A DNA stretch of 64,000 nt from an uncultured delta proteobacterium (GCA_963706575.1 CAVPNL010000001.1:1-64000); one strand, 5' to 3'. Positions 29,023 to 39,858 are shown, counted from the stretch's first letter. Notes: generated from the sequence alone by a model not told the origin. Program-made: numbers and translations.

Positions 29023-30243
29023 TCAGGATACTTTATCAAGTTCAAAAGCGGAATGCAGTACCCGCACCGCCAGCTCGGTGTATTTTTCCTCGATGATACA
29101 GGAAATGCGAATTTCAGAAGTACTGATCATGATGATGTTGATGTTTTCTTTGGCCAGAGCGTTAAACATTTTGGATGCCACGCCCGAGTGATCTTTCATG
29201 CCAACACCGATAACGGAAACCTTGGCGATTTTCTCGTCCCCCAATACATCTTCTGCACCGATATCTGCGGCGATCTTTTTTTGCATTTCCAGCGCCTGTT
29301 TAAAACTGGCTCTCGGAACGCTGAATGTTAAGTCCGTTTGGCCCTCGGCCCGGGTGTTTTGAATGATCATATCCACGACGATACCGGCATCTGCCACCGG
29401 CGTAAAAATTTTGGCGGCAATGCCGGGTTTGTCCGGAACTTTTCTTAAGGTAATGCGGGCCTGATCTTTGTCATGGGTGACACCGGATACAACCAGGCGC
29501 TCCATACCCGAATTTTCATCCACTACCATGGTTCCCTCCTCTTCACTGAATGATGAACGAACGTGCACAGGAATTTTATATTTTTTGGCAAAGCCCACCG
29601 AGCGAATTTGCAGCACTTTTGCTCCCAGACTGGCCATATTCAGCATTTCATCATATGAAATGGCATCGAGCTTCCGGGCCTGCGGGCAGATATTCGGGTC
29701 GGCAGTATATACACCATCCACGTCAGTATAGATTTCACAGACGTCTGCTTTGAGTGCCGCTGCAATTGCCACTGCAGATGTATCCGAACCACCGCGTCCC
29801 AGAGTTGTAATATTGCCGTCCGGATCACAGCCTTGAAATCCGGCGACCACAACGATGTGACGCTGCTTCAGCAATTCTTGGATACGATTAGCCCGGATAT
29901 CAAGAATACGGGCATTGCCATGGCATTGGTCGGTGAGAACTTCAGCCTGATGACCCAGCAGCGACTGGGCGGGATAATTCATCGATTTGAGTGTCATGGC
30001 CAGCAGGGCGGAAGTGGTTTGCTCGCCGGTTGCCAGCAAAACATCCAGTTCACGTTTATCCGGCGATTGAGAAATTTTGTCGGCCATTTTAATCAAATCG
30101 TCGGTGATACCTGCCATGGCCGAGAGAATGACAACGACCGCATTGCCCTGGTCATGTGTTTTCGCCACTCGATTGGCCACGTTTTTGATCCGCTCAAGAT
30201 TGGCGACGGATGTGCCCCCGTATTTTTGTACAATTAAAGCCAT
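29023..30243 (-). CDS. lysC: Aspartate kinase
   Basis: [25 protein letters not shown], two ACT domains. Confidence 0.96.
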   Translation of the reverse strand: MALIVQKYGGTSVANLERIKNVANRVAKTHDQGNAVVVILSAMAGITDDLIKMADKISQSPDKRELDVLLATGEQTTSALLAMTLKSMNYPAQSLLGHQAEVLTDQCHGNARILDIRANRIQELLKQRHIVVVAGFQGCDPDGNITTLGRGGSDTSAVAIAAALKADVCEIYTDVDGVYTADPNICPQARKLDAISYDEMLNMASLGAKVLQIRSVGFAKKYKIPVHVRSSFSEEEGTMVVDENSGMERLVVSGVTHDKDQARITLRKVPDKPGIAAKIFTPVADAGIVVDMIIQNTRAEGQTDLTFSVPRASFKQALEMQKKIAADIGAEDVLGDEKIAKVSVIGVGMKDHSGVASKMFNALAKENINIIMISTSEIRISCIIEEKYTELAVRVLHSAFELDKVS

Positions 30244-30347
30244 TTTCTTTTTCCTGAGTTATCTATCAACGCTTAAATTAGTATAAGTTACATGCCTTCC
30301 TTGCAAATATATCTCATGCCCTGGTTAGATGCGTTTAGAACCGATCA

Positions 30348-30433
30348 TTCACCACAGAGAGCACGAAGAAACACGAAGATCAAAAAAATATTTAAATTCC
30401 TTGCTTTGTGGCCTTCGTGAACTTCGTGGTGAA
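30348..30433. repeat. Intergenic palindrome with CACGAAG tandem arms
   Basis: TTCACCACAGAGAGCACGAAGAAACACGAAG ... CTTCGTGAACTTCGTGGTGAA. Confidence 0.7.
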
Positions 30434-30474
30434 ATTTTTATGCCTGTAAGCATTTAGGCGCTAATTTTAGCCTA

Positions 30475-30987
30475 TTATTTCATAATATCCAGAAGCTGGA
30501 TTTCCAGAGCTTTTAGCAAATTACCGACCTGATGTCCATATGCAAATATATCGATGCGACGGGTGTTTTCGTTTATGATTCTTAAACGGAGGTCCAGGTG
30601 GCTGGAAAGCGTTTCTTCTGAAAGCCTTTCGGCCCATTCGATTGCGATGACTGCATCTTCTTGAAGAATTTCGTCCAGGCCGATTTCCTCTAATTCAGGG
30701 GAATGTTCAATGCGGTAAAGATCCACATGGTAAAGCGGATGACGGCCCGGGTATTCATTGATGAGCGTGAACGTCGGGCTGGTAATATAGTACTTTTCAG
30801 AAACATCCAGGCCTTTTGCCAAACCTTGCACAAAGGCGGTCTTGCCGCTTCCGAGATCACCGGTCAAAGTGATGATGATCGCTTGACGGATTTCTGCGCC
30901 CAGCGTTTGTCCTAGCTTCTGGGTTTCTGTTACGGAATGGGTCGTGATTTGAAGCTTGTGATTTGAAACTTGAAACTTGGCTGTCAT
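30475..30987 (-). CDS. tsaE: tRNA threonylcarbamoyladenosine biosynthesis ATPase TsaE
   Basis: GDLGSGKT, SPTFTL, HVDLYR, IEWAE. Confidence 0.93.
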   Translation of the reverse strand: MTAKFQVSNHKLQITTHSVTETQKLGQTLGAEIRQAIIITLTGDLGSGKTAFVQGLAKGLDVSEKYYITSPTFTLINEYPGRHPLYHVDLYRIEHSPELEEIGLDEILQEDAVIAIEWAERLSEETLSSHLDLRLRIINENTRRIDIFAYGHQVGNLLKALEIQLLDIMK

Positions 30988-31088
30988 TTTAATTCCTGAA
31001 CAGGCGTCTAATGGGTCCGAAAAAAGTGGTATGATGAAATAAGGAAGCAGTTCCTCAAGGCATTGGCTATCGCGGTAACAATTCAGTT

Positions 31089-32669
31089 TCAAGTTTCCAG
31101 TTTCGAGTTTCCTTCGAGCAATTTTTTAATTTCCCCCGGTATGGTGTTCATGACTTCACCGGCCAGATAGCCGACCGGGCCAATGGTTTGGGCTAATGTG
31201 TCGGCTGCAGCGCCATGTAGATAAACCGCTGCATGCGCGGCTGCCTTCGGGGTCAATCCTTGGGTGATGAAGCCGGCCAGGACACCGGTCAGCACATCAC
31301 CCATGCCTCCGGATGCCATGCCGGGGTTGCCGGTGGAATTAATATAGGCACTGCCGTCGGGGTGCGCAATTACAGTTGCAGCGCCCTTTAAAACAACATG
31401 CACACCGAAATTCGTTGCAAAATCCCGGGCACAGGCAAGCCGGTTCTGTTGAACAACTGTTGAGGAGGTTTCGATCAGTCGGGCCATTTCTCCGGGATGA
31501 GGGGTCAGAACAACTGGCGCTTTTGCCTTCTTCAACAACTGTGTCTGGCCGGCGATGTTGTTGAGACCGTCGGCATCGATAACTAGGGGAGTTTCAATTT
31601 GACTTATAATTTTTTTAACCAGGCTTCGGGTTTCTTCAGCCTGGCCGATACCGGGCCCGATAGCCAGGCAATTTTTTCCGTCAGCCAGCATCGTTAAAAC
31701 GTCAATGGCGCTGGCTGCGAGAATACCGTATCGGCATTCCGGTAAGGGCGCGGTCATGACTTCCATTACCTGAGTCTCGATGATCGGATTCAGGCTTTCG
31801 GCAATTCCCAGCGTCACCAGTCCGGCGCCGGCTCGCATGGCCGAAACGGCCGTCATTACGGCGGCACCGGTTTTTCCGGTTGAACCGGCGACAACCAGCA
31901 GATGCCCGGTTCGCCCCTTGTGCGTGTCCGCAGATCGAAGCGGAAGAGTGGCACGGATCCGTTCGGCAGTGAGCAAATATTGCTGCGGGCCGACCGATTC
32001 CACGACAGAGGCCGGAATTCCGATATCGATAATCTCCAGTTTGCCGGTATAGTCGGCGCCCGGATAGGTGTAATGACCGATTTTGGCCAGGGCGAAGGTT
32101 GCGGTTCCCTGTGCTCGGATGCACGTCCCGCAGGGCTGACCCGTATCTGAGTTCAAGCCTGATGGCATGTCCACGGCAAACACCGGTATGCCGTTACGGT
32201 TAAGGTCGTTGATAAAATCGATGACAGTTTTGAAAAAGCCCCTGACATCAGATGTCAGTCCGGTGCCCAGGATGGCATCCACCAGGAGGTCGAAACTGGA
32301 GAGGTCGGATTTTATTTTTGAAAAAGAGTTTTCGTCCGGAATTTCAATGACCGGAATTTTAAGCGCTGCTAAACGTTTGAGGTTGGCGGCGGCATCGCCT
32401 TTTACCTTATTGGCTTTCGCCAGCAGATAAACCGTCACATCAATATGCCGTTCGGCCAGATATCTGGCCATAACAAACCCGTCACCGCCATTGTTGCCTT
32501 TGCCGCAAATAATGCCCACAGCGGTTTTAATACTGCCGGCAAACTGATCCAGCAACACATCTGTGGCACCCCGCCCGGCATTTTCCATAAGCTCCAGGCC
32601 CGGAATACCGTGAGTTTCGATCGCCTCACGATCCATCTCCTGCATTTCACCGGCAGTTACGAGAATCAT
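31089..32669 (-). CDS. nnr: Bifunctional NAD(P)H-hydrate epimerase/dehydratase
   Basis: LMENAG, GKGNNGGDG, DMPSG, HKG, TPHPGE, GGMGDVLTG. Confidence 0.95.
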   Translation of the reverse strand: MILVTAGEMQEMDREAIETHGIPGLELMENAGRGATDVLLDQFAGSIKTAVGIICGKGNNGGDGFVMARYLAERHIDVTVYLLAKANKVKGDAAANLKRLAALKIPVIEIPDENSFSKIKSDLSSFDLLVDAILGTGLTSDVRGFFKTVIDFINDLNRNGIPVFAVDMPSGLNSDTGQPCGTCIRAQGTATFALAKIGHYTYPGADYTGKLEIIDIGIPASVVESVGPQQYLLTAERIRATLPLRSADTHKGRTGHLLVVAGSTGKTGAAVMTAVSAMRAGAGLVTLGIAESLNPIIETQVMEVMTAPLPECRYGILAASAIDVLTMLADGKNCLAIGPGIGQAEETRSLVKKIISQIETPLVIDADGLNNIAGQTQLLKKAKAPVVLTPHPGEMARLIETSSTVVQQNRLACARDFATNFGVHVVLKGAATVIAHPDGSAYINSTGNPGMASGGMGDVLTGVLAGFITQGLTPKAAAHAAVYLHGAAADTLAQTIGPVGYLAGEVMNTIPGEIKKLLEGNSKLET

Positions 32670-32684
32670 TGGAAACTCCGTTTG

Positions 32685-32810
32685 AAATGATCTAAAGTGA
32701 TCTAAAATGCCTAAAATGCCTAAAATTATGGGTATTGAACCTTTTATAAAAAAGACAGAATTCCATAACTTTAGGCATTTTAGTTCATTTTAGGCATTTT
32801 AGGCACTTTG
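32685..32810. repeat. Intergenic palindrome with (AAATGCCTA)n arms
   Basis: AAATGCCTAAAATGCCTAAA ... TTTAGGCATTTTAGGCAC; same family as 55611-55730. Confidence 0.75.
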
Positions 32811-32864
32811 AATATTTTGGTCACCTTTACTTACTTATAATATTTGTATGATACCGTTAAGAGC

Positions 32865-33584
32865 TTACAGAGCCTGGATCAGATCAATCATGTCCTTGAC
32901 GGCCTTTTCCATTCCCGTCAATACCGCCCGTGAAACAATACTGTGGCCGATGCTGAATTCATCAATTTCTTCTACGCCGCTGAAGGCCTTGATACTCTTG
33001 TAGCATAGCCTGCGTCCGGCCTTAACATTGAGTTTGAGTTTGTGTGCCAGTTTGACGGCATCTACTATCTTTAAAAATGCCTGATGTCGTGTTCGAGTTG
33101 TCTTGGCCTCACAATAGGTGCCGGTATGGATTTCGACAATTCCGGCATTGGTTCGATGGGCCTGCTTGAGCTGTTCGGGTTCCGGATCGATTAAAATGCC
33201 CACGGGGATGCCGCTGTTCTGCAAGGTATCGACGGTTTCCCTTATTTCTTCTTTATGGACAACGAGGTCCAAACCGCCGCCGGTGCTAAATTCTTCCCGT
33301 TTTTCGGGCACCAGGGTAACATGGTCCGGCTTGATATCCAGGGCCATGCCGACCATCTCGGTGGTTGAGGCCATTTCCAGGATCAGCTTGCTTTGTATCG
33401 TCTGGCGCAGGATGCGAACATCGCGGTCACTGATGTCCCGACGGTCTTCGCGCAAATGGACGACGATACCATCTGCTCCTGCCAATTCGGCCAGAACCGC
33501 GGCTGCCACCGGATCAGGAAACGAACTTTTCTCGGCTTCCCGCAAAGCAGCCACGTGATCTATCTTAACTGCTAAACCGGACAT
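32865..33584 (-). CDS. pdxJ: Pyridoxine 5'-phosphate synthase-like protein (divergent active site)
   Basis: IDHVA, HLREDRR, TLVPEKRE, EIHTG, IGHSI; several conserved residues replaced. Confidence 0.8.
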   Translation of the reverse strand: MSGLAVKIDHVAALREAEKSSFPDPVAAAVLAELAGADGIVVHLREDRRDISDRDVRILRQTIQSKLILEMASTTEMVGMALDIKPDHVTLVPEKREEFSTGGGLDLVVHKEEIRETVDTLQNSGIPVGILIDPEPEQLKQAHRTNAGIVEIHTGTYCEAKTTRTRHQAFLKIVDAVKLAHKLKLNVKAGRRLCYKSIKAFSGVEEIDEFSIGHSIVSRAVLTGMEKAVKDMIDLIQAL

Positions 33585-33612
33585 ATACCCCCCCCTTTTA
33601 GTTAAGTTTTGA

Positions 33613-34059
33613 TCAGACCTTTTGCGTTTCAAGTAATTGTAACAATTCGTTTGCTTTTTTTTCCATTTTTCGGGATTCGTCTGGGGTATTCTCATGGTCA
33701 TATCCCAGAAGGTGCAAGGTTCCGTGAATGAGAAGCTGGTCAAAGCGGTCCTGCATGCTGATACCGGCACTTTGTGCTTCGCGCTGCGCGGTGTCGGCTG
33801 AAATTACAACATCGCCCAGAAGGTTGGGAGCGATGTCTGAGAATGGGGCCTGGCGCATGGAAAATGCAATCACATTTGTCGGGCCTTCACGGTTAAGGTA
33901 TTGATGGTTGAGTAGCGCAATCTGTTGATCGTCAACAATGAGAATGGAAAGTTCTGCGTCAGGATAGTCCAAGGCGTTTAAGATGACGCTCGCCGTTTGA
34001 TGAATCTTCTTCTTTGAGATCCTGTGGTTGTCTTGCCTGTTGCCGATTTGAACTTCCAT
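33613..34059 (-). CDS. ybeY: rRNA maturation endoribonuclease YbeY
   Basis: GPTNVIAF, LGDVVIS, HGTLHLLGYDH. Confidence 0.93.
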   Translation of the reverse strand: MEVQIGNRQDNHRISKKKIHQTASVILNALDYPDAELSILIVDDQQIALLNHQYLNREGPTNVIAFSMRQAPFSDIAPNLLGDVVISADTAQREAQSAGISMQDRFDQLLIHGTLHLLGYDHENTPDESRKMEKKANELLQLLETQKV

Positions 34060-36382
34060 TCTTCAATTTTCCTTTATCATTTTCATTTCCCGTTGCCCGG
34101 CTTTCACTATATTCGATGCGGTGATGATGGATGCCGTACAAAATTTTGTTAAAACTTTTTGCAATATTATGGAGGTCTTTCAGCGTCAGTTCACAGGAGT
34201 CCAGTTGGCCGTCTGAGAAGATCTGGTTGATCAGTTTCTGGACCAGCCCCTGAATTCGTGAAGGAGTGGGGTTGTCCAAAGTTCGTGATGCAGCCTCAAC
34301 CACATCCGCCAGCATAACGAGGCCGGCCTCTTTGGTTTGAGGCTTGGGCCCCGGGTATCGGAAATCGTCGATGTTGACGGCATCCTCCCCCTTTTTTTGT
34401 TTGGCCTTTTCGTAGAAAAATTTAATGATGCTGGTGCCATGGTGTTGACGGATGGTATCGATGATCACCTGGCCCAGTTTATTTTCCCTGGCGGTTTCAA
34501 CACCGTCTTTGATGTGGGCAATCAGGATCAGGCCCGACATGGAAGGGGCCAGTTTATCATGCTTATTTCGGCCATTGGTCTGGTTTTCGATGAAGTAAAG
34601 GGGTTTTCTTATTTTGCCGATGTCATGATAGTATCCGCAAACTTTTGCCAGTAGGGGGTTGGCACCGATTTGCGTTGCCGCAGCTTCAACCAGAGAGCCG
34701 ACAATTACCGAATGGTGATAGGTGCCCGGCGCTTCGATCATCAACCGCTGCATGATCGGGCGGTCCAGCTGGGCAAGCTCAAGCAGGGTGATATCGGTTG
34801 TATAGTCAAAAGCAATTTCGACCAATGGGACAATGCCGGCTGTGAGGATTCCAGCGACAACACCCCCCATAAAGGCAAACGCCCAATCCCAGATGAGTTT
34901 GGAAGTTGATAATTCCCCTATATAGAGGTGGATCGCGGTAGCCAGCACGATATTTAGCAATCCAAGCTTGGTGCCTGCGATGATGAACACTTTTCTTTCA
35001 CGGCAACTCCGCAGCCAGTAAGCCGCCATCGTTCCGCTAATCAGAAAATAAATAAATATTTCAAAGCTGTTTTGGAAAATGAAAGCAAAACCGATGGCCA
35101 GCACCATGGCCATGGGAAGGGCTACCGCTAGCCCTAAAAACAGACAGATGATCATCGCTCCCGAAGCCAGGGGGATACCGAAATAAATTGATGCGCCCGG
35201 TATGAAGACCGCTGAATTGTGAGTGAGCAGTCCTGCAAAAGACCCGGAGATCTCTGCCAAAAAGAAAAAGGTCAGGGACAAACAGGCAATCAGAAGCAAG
35301 TTTTTATTATGATAGTTGGTCATTGGGCCCTGAACATTGAGGTGCAAAATGTAGGTGGTTATCAGGAGGCTAATTAAAAGCAACGCTGCGCCAAGGCTGC
35401 TGAGCAAGACCTGCTCCTTTTTGGTCTGGGACTGCAGCGCCTCCAATTTTAGCAAATCAAGTTCGGTCACCAGCGCACCTTCTCTTAGCAGCATTTCCCC
35501 AGCCTTGATTTTATATAAAACCGGCTTTATTTCTGCTCCAACTTTGTTCTGGCGTTCCTGGGTTTCGCTGCGGTTTAAGGTGATATTGGGTTGGATAAGC
35601 TCCTGAACAAAGTCCACAACCAGGTTTTTAAGCGTATAATCCAGGTCCTGCAGGTCGGGCTGGCCAATGGTGCGGACAATGGCTTTGGCCTGATTCAGTC
35701 CGTAAAATTGATTTAAGTTGCCTGCGATCCTTTCTTTTTTAGTAGCGACGTCCCTTAGGATAATGCCCTTATCCAGTTCCTTTAGCAGGATTTCTTTATT
35801 GGTCACCACGCCGTTGTTTAAAATAGTGGCTAAAATCTTATTGATAATGTCGGCAATTTTGATTGAAAAACCTTCTTTGGCAAGGGCTTGATAGGCGCCC
35901 TGGCTGACGCGAATACCGATGGTTTCTTCAAACTGTTCCTGTTTTTGCCGGATCAGTTCCTGCAGGGATGGTTTCGGATCTTGCGGCTCGATAGGCTCAG
36001 GTTCTGATTGGGTTTCCAATTCCTTCAGCAGGCTGTTTTGGTATAGTTCAATCACTGATTGTAAACCGCCAAAGGCCTGCTCCACATTGCGCTTTAGGGT
36101 ATTGGCAAGATTGTCATCGAAGTCGTAAACCGTTAGCACATCTGCCACGGTCTGCTGGCGCTTTTTGTCGGTTGCCGCCTGGTCTTCGATAAAAAAATCC
36201 CTTGAGGCTTTGATGTCGCGCTCGACCACATCTCCCACGGTATACTGGTGTTTGGTGATGACGAGACTGGGGTATAAAATGATGATAAAAAGGATGGCCG
36301 ACAACACCAGAATTCCCCACCGAATCCGGGTGTTATTGTCCAGTAGCTTATTTATCGATTCTCTGCCTTTTCCGAAATTCAT
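33959..36382 (-). CDS. 7TM-HD membrane phosphohydrolase (PgpH-like)
   Basis: Extracytoplasmic domain, 7 TM helices, EAPGTYHHS, YYHDIGK, QHHGT, MLADVVEAA. Confidence 0.9.
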   Translation of the reverse strand: MNFGKGRESINKLLDNNTRIRWGILVLSAILFIIILYPSLVITKHQYTVGDVVERDIKASRDFFIEDQAATDKKRQQTVADVLTVYDFDDNLANTLKRNVEQAFGGLQSVIELYQNSLLKELETQSEPEPIEPQDPKPSLQELIRQKQEQFEETIGIRVSQGAYQALAKEGFSIKIADIINKILATILNNGVVTNKEILLKELDKGIILRDVATKKERIAGNLNQFYGLNQAKAIVRTIGQPDLQDLDYTLKNLVVDFVQELIQPNITLNRSETQERQNKVGAEIKPVLYKIKAGEMLLREGALVTELDLLKLEALQSQTKKEQVLLSSLGAALLLISLLITTYILHLNVQGPMTNYHNKNLLLIACLSLTFFFLAEISGSFAGLLTHNSAVFIPGASIYFGIPLASGAMIICLFLGLAVALPMAMVLAIGFAFIFQNSFEIFIYFLISGTMAAYWLRSCRERKVFIIAGTKLGLLNIVLATAIHLYIGELSTSKLIWDWAFAFMGGVVAGILTAGIVPLVEIAFDYTTDITLLELAQLDRPIMQRLMIEAPGTYHHSVIVGSLVEAAATQIGANPLLAKVCGYYHDIGKIRKPLYFIENQTNGRNKHDKLAPSMSGLILIAHIKDGVETARENKLGQVIIDTIRQHHGTSIIKFFYEKAKQKKGEDAVNIDDFRYPGPKPQTKEAGLVMLADVVEAASRTLDNPTPSRIQGLVQKLINQIFSDGQLDSCELTLKDLHNIAKSFNKILYGIHHHRIEYSESRATGNENDKGKLKNGSSNRQQARQPQDLKEEDSSNGERHLKRLGLS

Positions 36383-36439
36383 AAATATTCCACAAATGTT
36401 AACGGCGAGCACACTGCCGATGTGCGCTTGCACCGCGTT

Positions 36440-37453
36440 TTACGGCTGATCCTTCCTGTCGGCGGCATCCTGCTGCTGCATCTTGCTGTCTTCAAATTCC
36501 TCATAGGCCTTGATGATATCCTGCACGAGTCTGTGCCTGACAACATCCAGTTTTGAAAAAAAGACAAATTTGATGTCCCCAATTTCCTGAAGAATATTTT
36601 TAGCCTGAATCAAACCCGATGTCCTTCCAACCGGAAGGTCAATCTGGGTGATGTCTCCGGTGATGACCGCTTTTGAATTGTATCCAATACGGGTCAGGAA
36701 CATTTTCATTTGTTCCGGAGTCGTGTTTTGAGCCTCATCCAGGATTATAAAAGAATCATTTAAAGTGCGCCCCCGCATGAATGCGAGCGGTGCCACCTCG
36801 ATGGCGCCTTTTTGCATCAGATTCGCGACCTTCTCAAAGCGCATCATATCATGAAGGGCGTCATATAAGGGCCTTAAATATGGATCTACCTTTTCTGCCA
36901 GATCCCCGGGTAAAAAGCCCAATTCTTCGCCGGCTTCCACTGCCGGGCGCGTCAGGATAATGCGATTAACTAATCCTTTTGTAAGGGCAGAAACCGCCAT
37001 CGCCATGGCCAAGTAGGTTTTTCCCGTTCCGGCGGGACCGATTCCGAAAACTATATCATATTTTCGAATCGCATCAATGTATTCCTTCTGGGCCGGACTT
37101 TTAGGGGCAATGGTTGTTTTTTTTGAGGTAATGAAGACGGCATCTAAAAAAATCTTCTTCAAATCGGCACGGTCATTTCCGCTGAGCACCCGCACCGCGT
37201 AATCAATGTCATTAGCGTGAATGGGATACCCTTCCTTTATCAGGCCATACAACTGTTCAAGCACGTTTTGTGCCAGGTGCGCGGCAATGCTGTCTCCCTG
37301 AATAAATACCTTACTGCCTCTTGCGTTCACGGTAATTTCCGTAGCCTCGGCGATTCGCTGTAAATTGCTGTTGTGTTCCCCAAACAATTGCCTGGCCAAT
37401 TCAATATCCGTAAAATCAACCGTGATGGGTTTGTTGTGCGAATTGTCATCCAT
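36440..37453 (-). CDS. phoH: PhoH-family ATPase
   Basis: GPAGTGKT, RPAVEAGE, MRGRTL, DEAQN, GDITQID. Confidence 0.94.
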   Translation of the reverse strand: MDDNSHNKPITVDFTDIELARQLFGEHNSNLQRIAEATEITVNARGSKVFIQGDSIAAHLAQNVLEQLYGLIKEGYPIHANDIDYAVRVLSGNDRADLKKIFLDAVFITSKKTTIAPKSPAQKEYIDAIRKYDIVFGIGPAGTGKTYLAMAMAVSALTKGLVNRIILTRPAVEAGEELGFLPGDLAEKVDPYLRPLYDALHDMMRFEKVANLMQKGAIEVAPLAFMRGRTLNDSFIILDEAQNTTPEQMKMFLTRIGYNSKAVITGDITQIDLPVGRTSGLIQAKNILQEIGDIKFVFFSKLDVVRHRLVQDIIKAYEEFEDSKMQQQDAADRKDQP

Positions 37454-37774
37454 TTTGTTTACAATGAATTAAAGTGGAATAAAGTTTCCATGCCTTAACC
37501 GAAACCGCGGCATGCGGTTTTAATCTCGAGGGGCTTTACTTCCTATCACAACCGATAATGATTGCAAGAACCTTTCTATTTTAGACCGAAATCGGTTCAA
37601 AATACAAATCATAACCTCATTTTTCCCTGGAAAAATACCTTGACTCACCATATATGCTCTGTTACTTCAACCGGCTGAAACAGTTGCAATTTGCGCCATG
37701 GTCCATTATGTGTGCCGGGTGATCGCACAGGCGAAACCCGAGGTCTCAAGATTTGTGGTCGTTCACGTGATTAG

Positions 37775-38302
37775 ATGAACCCATTTGATATTTTCATAAT
37801 AATTATAATAGCTTATAGCCTAATACGAGGCCTTTTCAGAGGTTTGGTCAAAGAAGTTTCATCCATTATCGGTGTTCTGGGCGGCTTTTATGCGGCCTAT
37901 TCATATTACCCGATGGTGGCCAAATTGTTTGCGAACCTGATTATCAATTCTTCATATTTGAATATTTTGAGTTTTCTGATTATTTTTTGCAGCGTTCTCA
38001 TTATCATTAGCATTCTGGGGATTGTCATCAAATATCTGCTGAATGTGGCTTTTTTAGGATGGATCGATCGCGCATGTGGTCTCGGATTTGGACTGGTTAA
38101 AGGCCTTTTAATTGTCACGGTATTATTTATCATTCTCACAACCTTTCTTCCCAAAGGTGCTGCGCTCATAAAAAAATCGATTCTCGCTCCCCACGTAATC
38201 TGGATTTCTGAAAAAATGGTCAACGTGGTACCCAAGGAGATGAAGAAAGACTTTTTCGGCAAACTCGACGAATTTAAAAAAGCGTGGAAAATTCCAAAAT
38301 AA
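37775..38302 (+). CDS. CvpA (colicin V production) family membrane protein
   Basis: RGLFRGLVKE, DRACGLGFG. Confidence 0.88.
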   Translation: MNPFDIFIIIIIAYSLIRGLFRGLVKEVSSIIGVLGGFYAAYSYYPMVAKLFANLIINSSYLNILSFLIIFCSVLIIISILGIVIKYLLNVAFLGWIDRACGLGFGLVKGLLIVTVLFIILTTFLPKGAALIKKSILAPHVIWISEKMVNVVPKEMKKDFFGKLDEFKKAWKIPK

Positions 38303-39015
38303 AATCAGAAAAAGATCCTATAAAAGCCCTGATATCGCTCGTTAAATCCTTGCGGGGCCAACCCGGATGCCCCTGGGACAAAAAGCAAACCCCTAAAACC
38401 ATGCTCATCTATCTGATAGAGGAAATGTATGAGCTTGCCGATGCCATTGAGTCAAATTGTGCTGAAGAAGTGCGAGAAGAGCTCGGGGATGTATTATTTC
38501 ATATTGTTTTTATCACCCGCTTGTTTCAAGAAACAGGCCGCTTTTCAATCTACGATGTTGCGCGGGACATCACAGAGAAGATGATCCGTCGCCATCCCCA
38601 TGTCTTTGGTGCCGCCCGGGTTGATAACACCGATGAGATCAGGCAAAATTGGTATCAAATAAAGCAGAATGAAAAAAAACAGTTCAAAAAAGAGTCCGTC
38701 CTTGATTCGGTGCCCATAAACCTGCCGGCGTTAATGCGAGCTTACCGGATTGGTGAACGCACAGCGCGTTGCGGGTTTGAATGTGAAGATCGTGACAGCC
38801 TGCTGGATAAACTAAATTCTGAATTCGAGCAATTAAAGTCCAGCACAGCGAACGATCAATCAGACCGAATAGCAAATGATTTCGGAAATTTGCTATTTTC
38901 TCTGGTTAATTTGGCCCGGCTTTCAAAAATTCACCCTGAAAGCGCCCTTTCTGGTGCAGTTAAAGCGTTTGAAAAGCGATTCAGAAAGATGGAAAAAGAG
39001 GTTTCGGCAAAATGA
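38284..39015 (+). CDS. mazG: Nucleoside triphosphate pyrophosphohydrolase MazG
   Basis: LRGQPGCPWDKKQT, EELGDVL, RRHPHVF. Confidence 0.92.
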   Translation: MENSKIKSEKDPIKALISLVKSLRGQPGCPWDKKQTPKTMLIYLIEEMYELADAIESNCAEEVREELGDVLFHIVFITRLFQETGRFSIYDVARDITEKMIRRHPHVFGAARVDNTDEIRQNWYQIKQNEKKQFKKESVLDSVPINLPALMRAYRIGERTARCGFECEDRDSLLDKLNSEFEQLKSSTANDQSDRIANDFGNLLFSLVNLARLSKIHPESALSGAVKAFEKRFRKMEKEVSAK

Positions 39016-39638
39016 TTGCAATTATTGACTACGATGCCGGCAATCTTGCGAGCGTATTCCGGGCGGTTTCTCATCTTGGTTTTGCATGTGCGATCACCAA
39101 AGATGTTCATGAGATCAAAGCGGCGGAGCGGATTATTTTTCCGGGAGTTGGCGCCGCCGGAGCGGCTATGACAAGTCTGCAACGTTCAGGGCTGGATGTT
39201 GTCATCAAAGAAGCATTTGCCGAGGGGAAACCCATTCTGGGGATTTGCCTGGGTTCACAGATTATTCTGACCCATAGCGAAGAAAATTCCACTTCGTGCC
39301 TCGGAATATTAGGCGGGGTGGTGCGCGCCTTTGCGCCTGGTCACCAATCAGAAGACGGCCAAAAGCTAAAAATTCCGCACATGGGTTGGAATGGTGTTCG
39401 CATTGAAAAATCCCATCCGCTGCTATCCGGAGTGCGAGCAGATGATGAGTTTTATTTTGTGCACAGCTATTATCCGGATCCGCAAGACCTCGACACCGTG
39501 ATAGCCGTAACGGATTATGGAATTTCGTTTGCCTCGATTGTCGGGTTGAATAATTTGTTTGCGACTCAATTTCACCTTGAAAAAAGCGGACGGCCCGGCC
39601 TGAAGATACTTGACAATTTTTGCAGATGGACACCTTAG
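39012..39638 (+). CDS. hisH: Imidazole glycerol phosphate synthase, glutaminase subunit
   Basis: PGVG, GICLG, PHMGWN, FVHSY, QFHLEKS. Confidence 0.96.
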   Translation: MIAIIDYDAGNLASVFRAVSHLGFACAITKDVHEIKAAERIIFPGVGAAGAAMTSLQRSGLDVVIKEAFAEGKPILGICLGSQIILTHSEENSTSCLGILGGVVRAFAPGHQSEDGQKLKIPHMGWNGVRIEKSHPLLSGVRADDEFYFVHSYYPDPQDLDTVIAVTDYGISFASIVGLNNLFATQFHLEKSGRPGLKILDNFCRWTP

Positions 39639-39643
39639 CCTGA

Positions 39644-39785
39644 ATGGAATGATGGAATGGTGGAATAATGGAATATTGTTTAAAAATGCCTAACCAATGC
39701 ATTAAGGCTGAAGAGATTGCTTCGCTTGTTATTGATTTTTCATGAATGCCCCATATACCAACATTCCATTTTTCCATTATTCCAA
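39644..39785. repeat. Intergenic palindrome with (TGGAATnn) octamer arms
   Basis: TGGAATGATGGAATGGTGGAATAATGGAAT ... ATTCCATTTTTCCATTATTCCA. Confidence 0.7.
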
Positions 39786-39858
39786 TTGCGGACGAAGAGA
39801 AATAAGTTCAAAAAACGTTTCGATTTGCTAATTGATATTTAGTTCTGAGGATACCGGC

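Noticed and set aside
32865..33770. ORF-track N-terminal extensions of pdxJ, tsaE, cobA, trxB, argJ and others
   Set aside because: They overlap upstream genes or lack an RBS; downstream ATGs with an RBS match family N-termini and were used instead.
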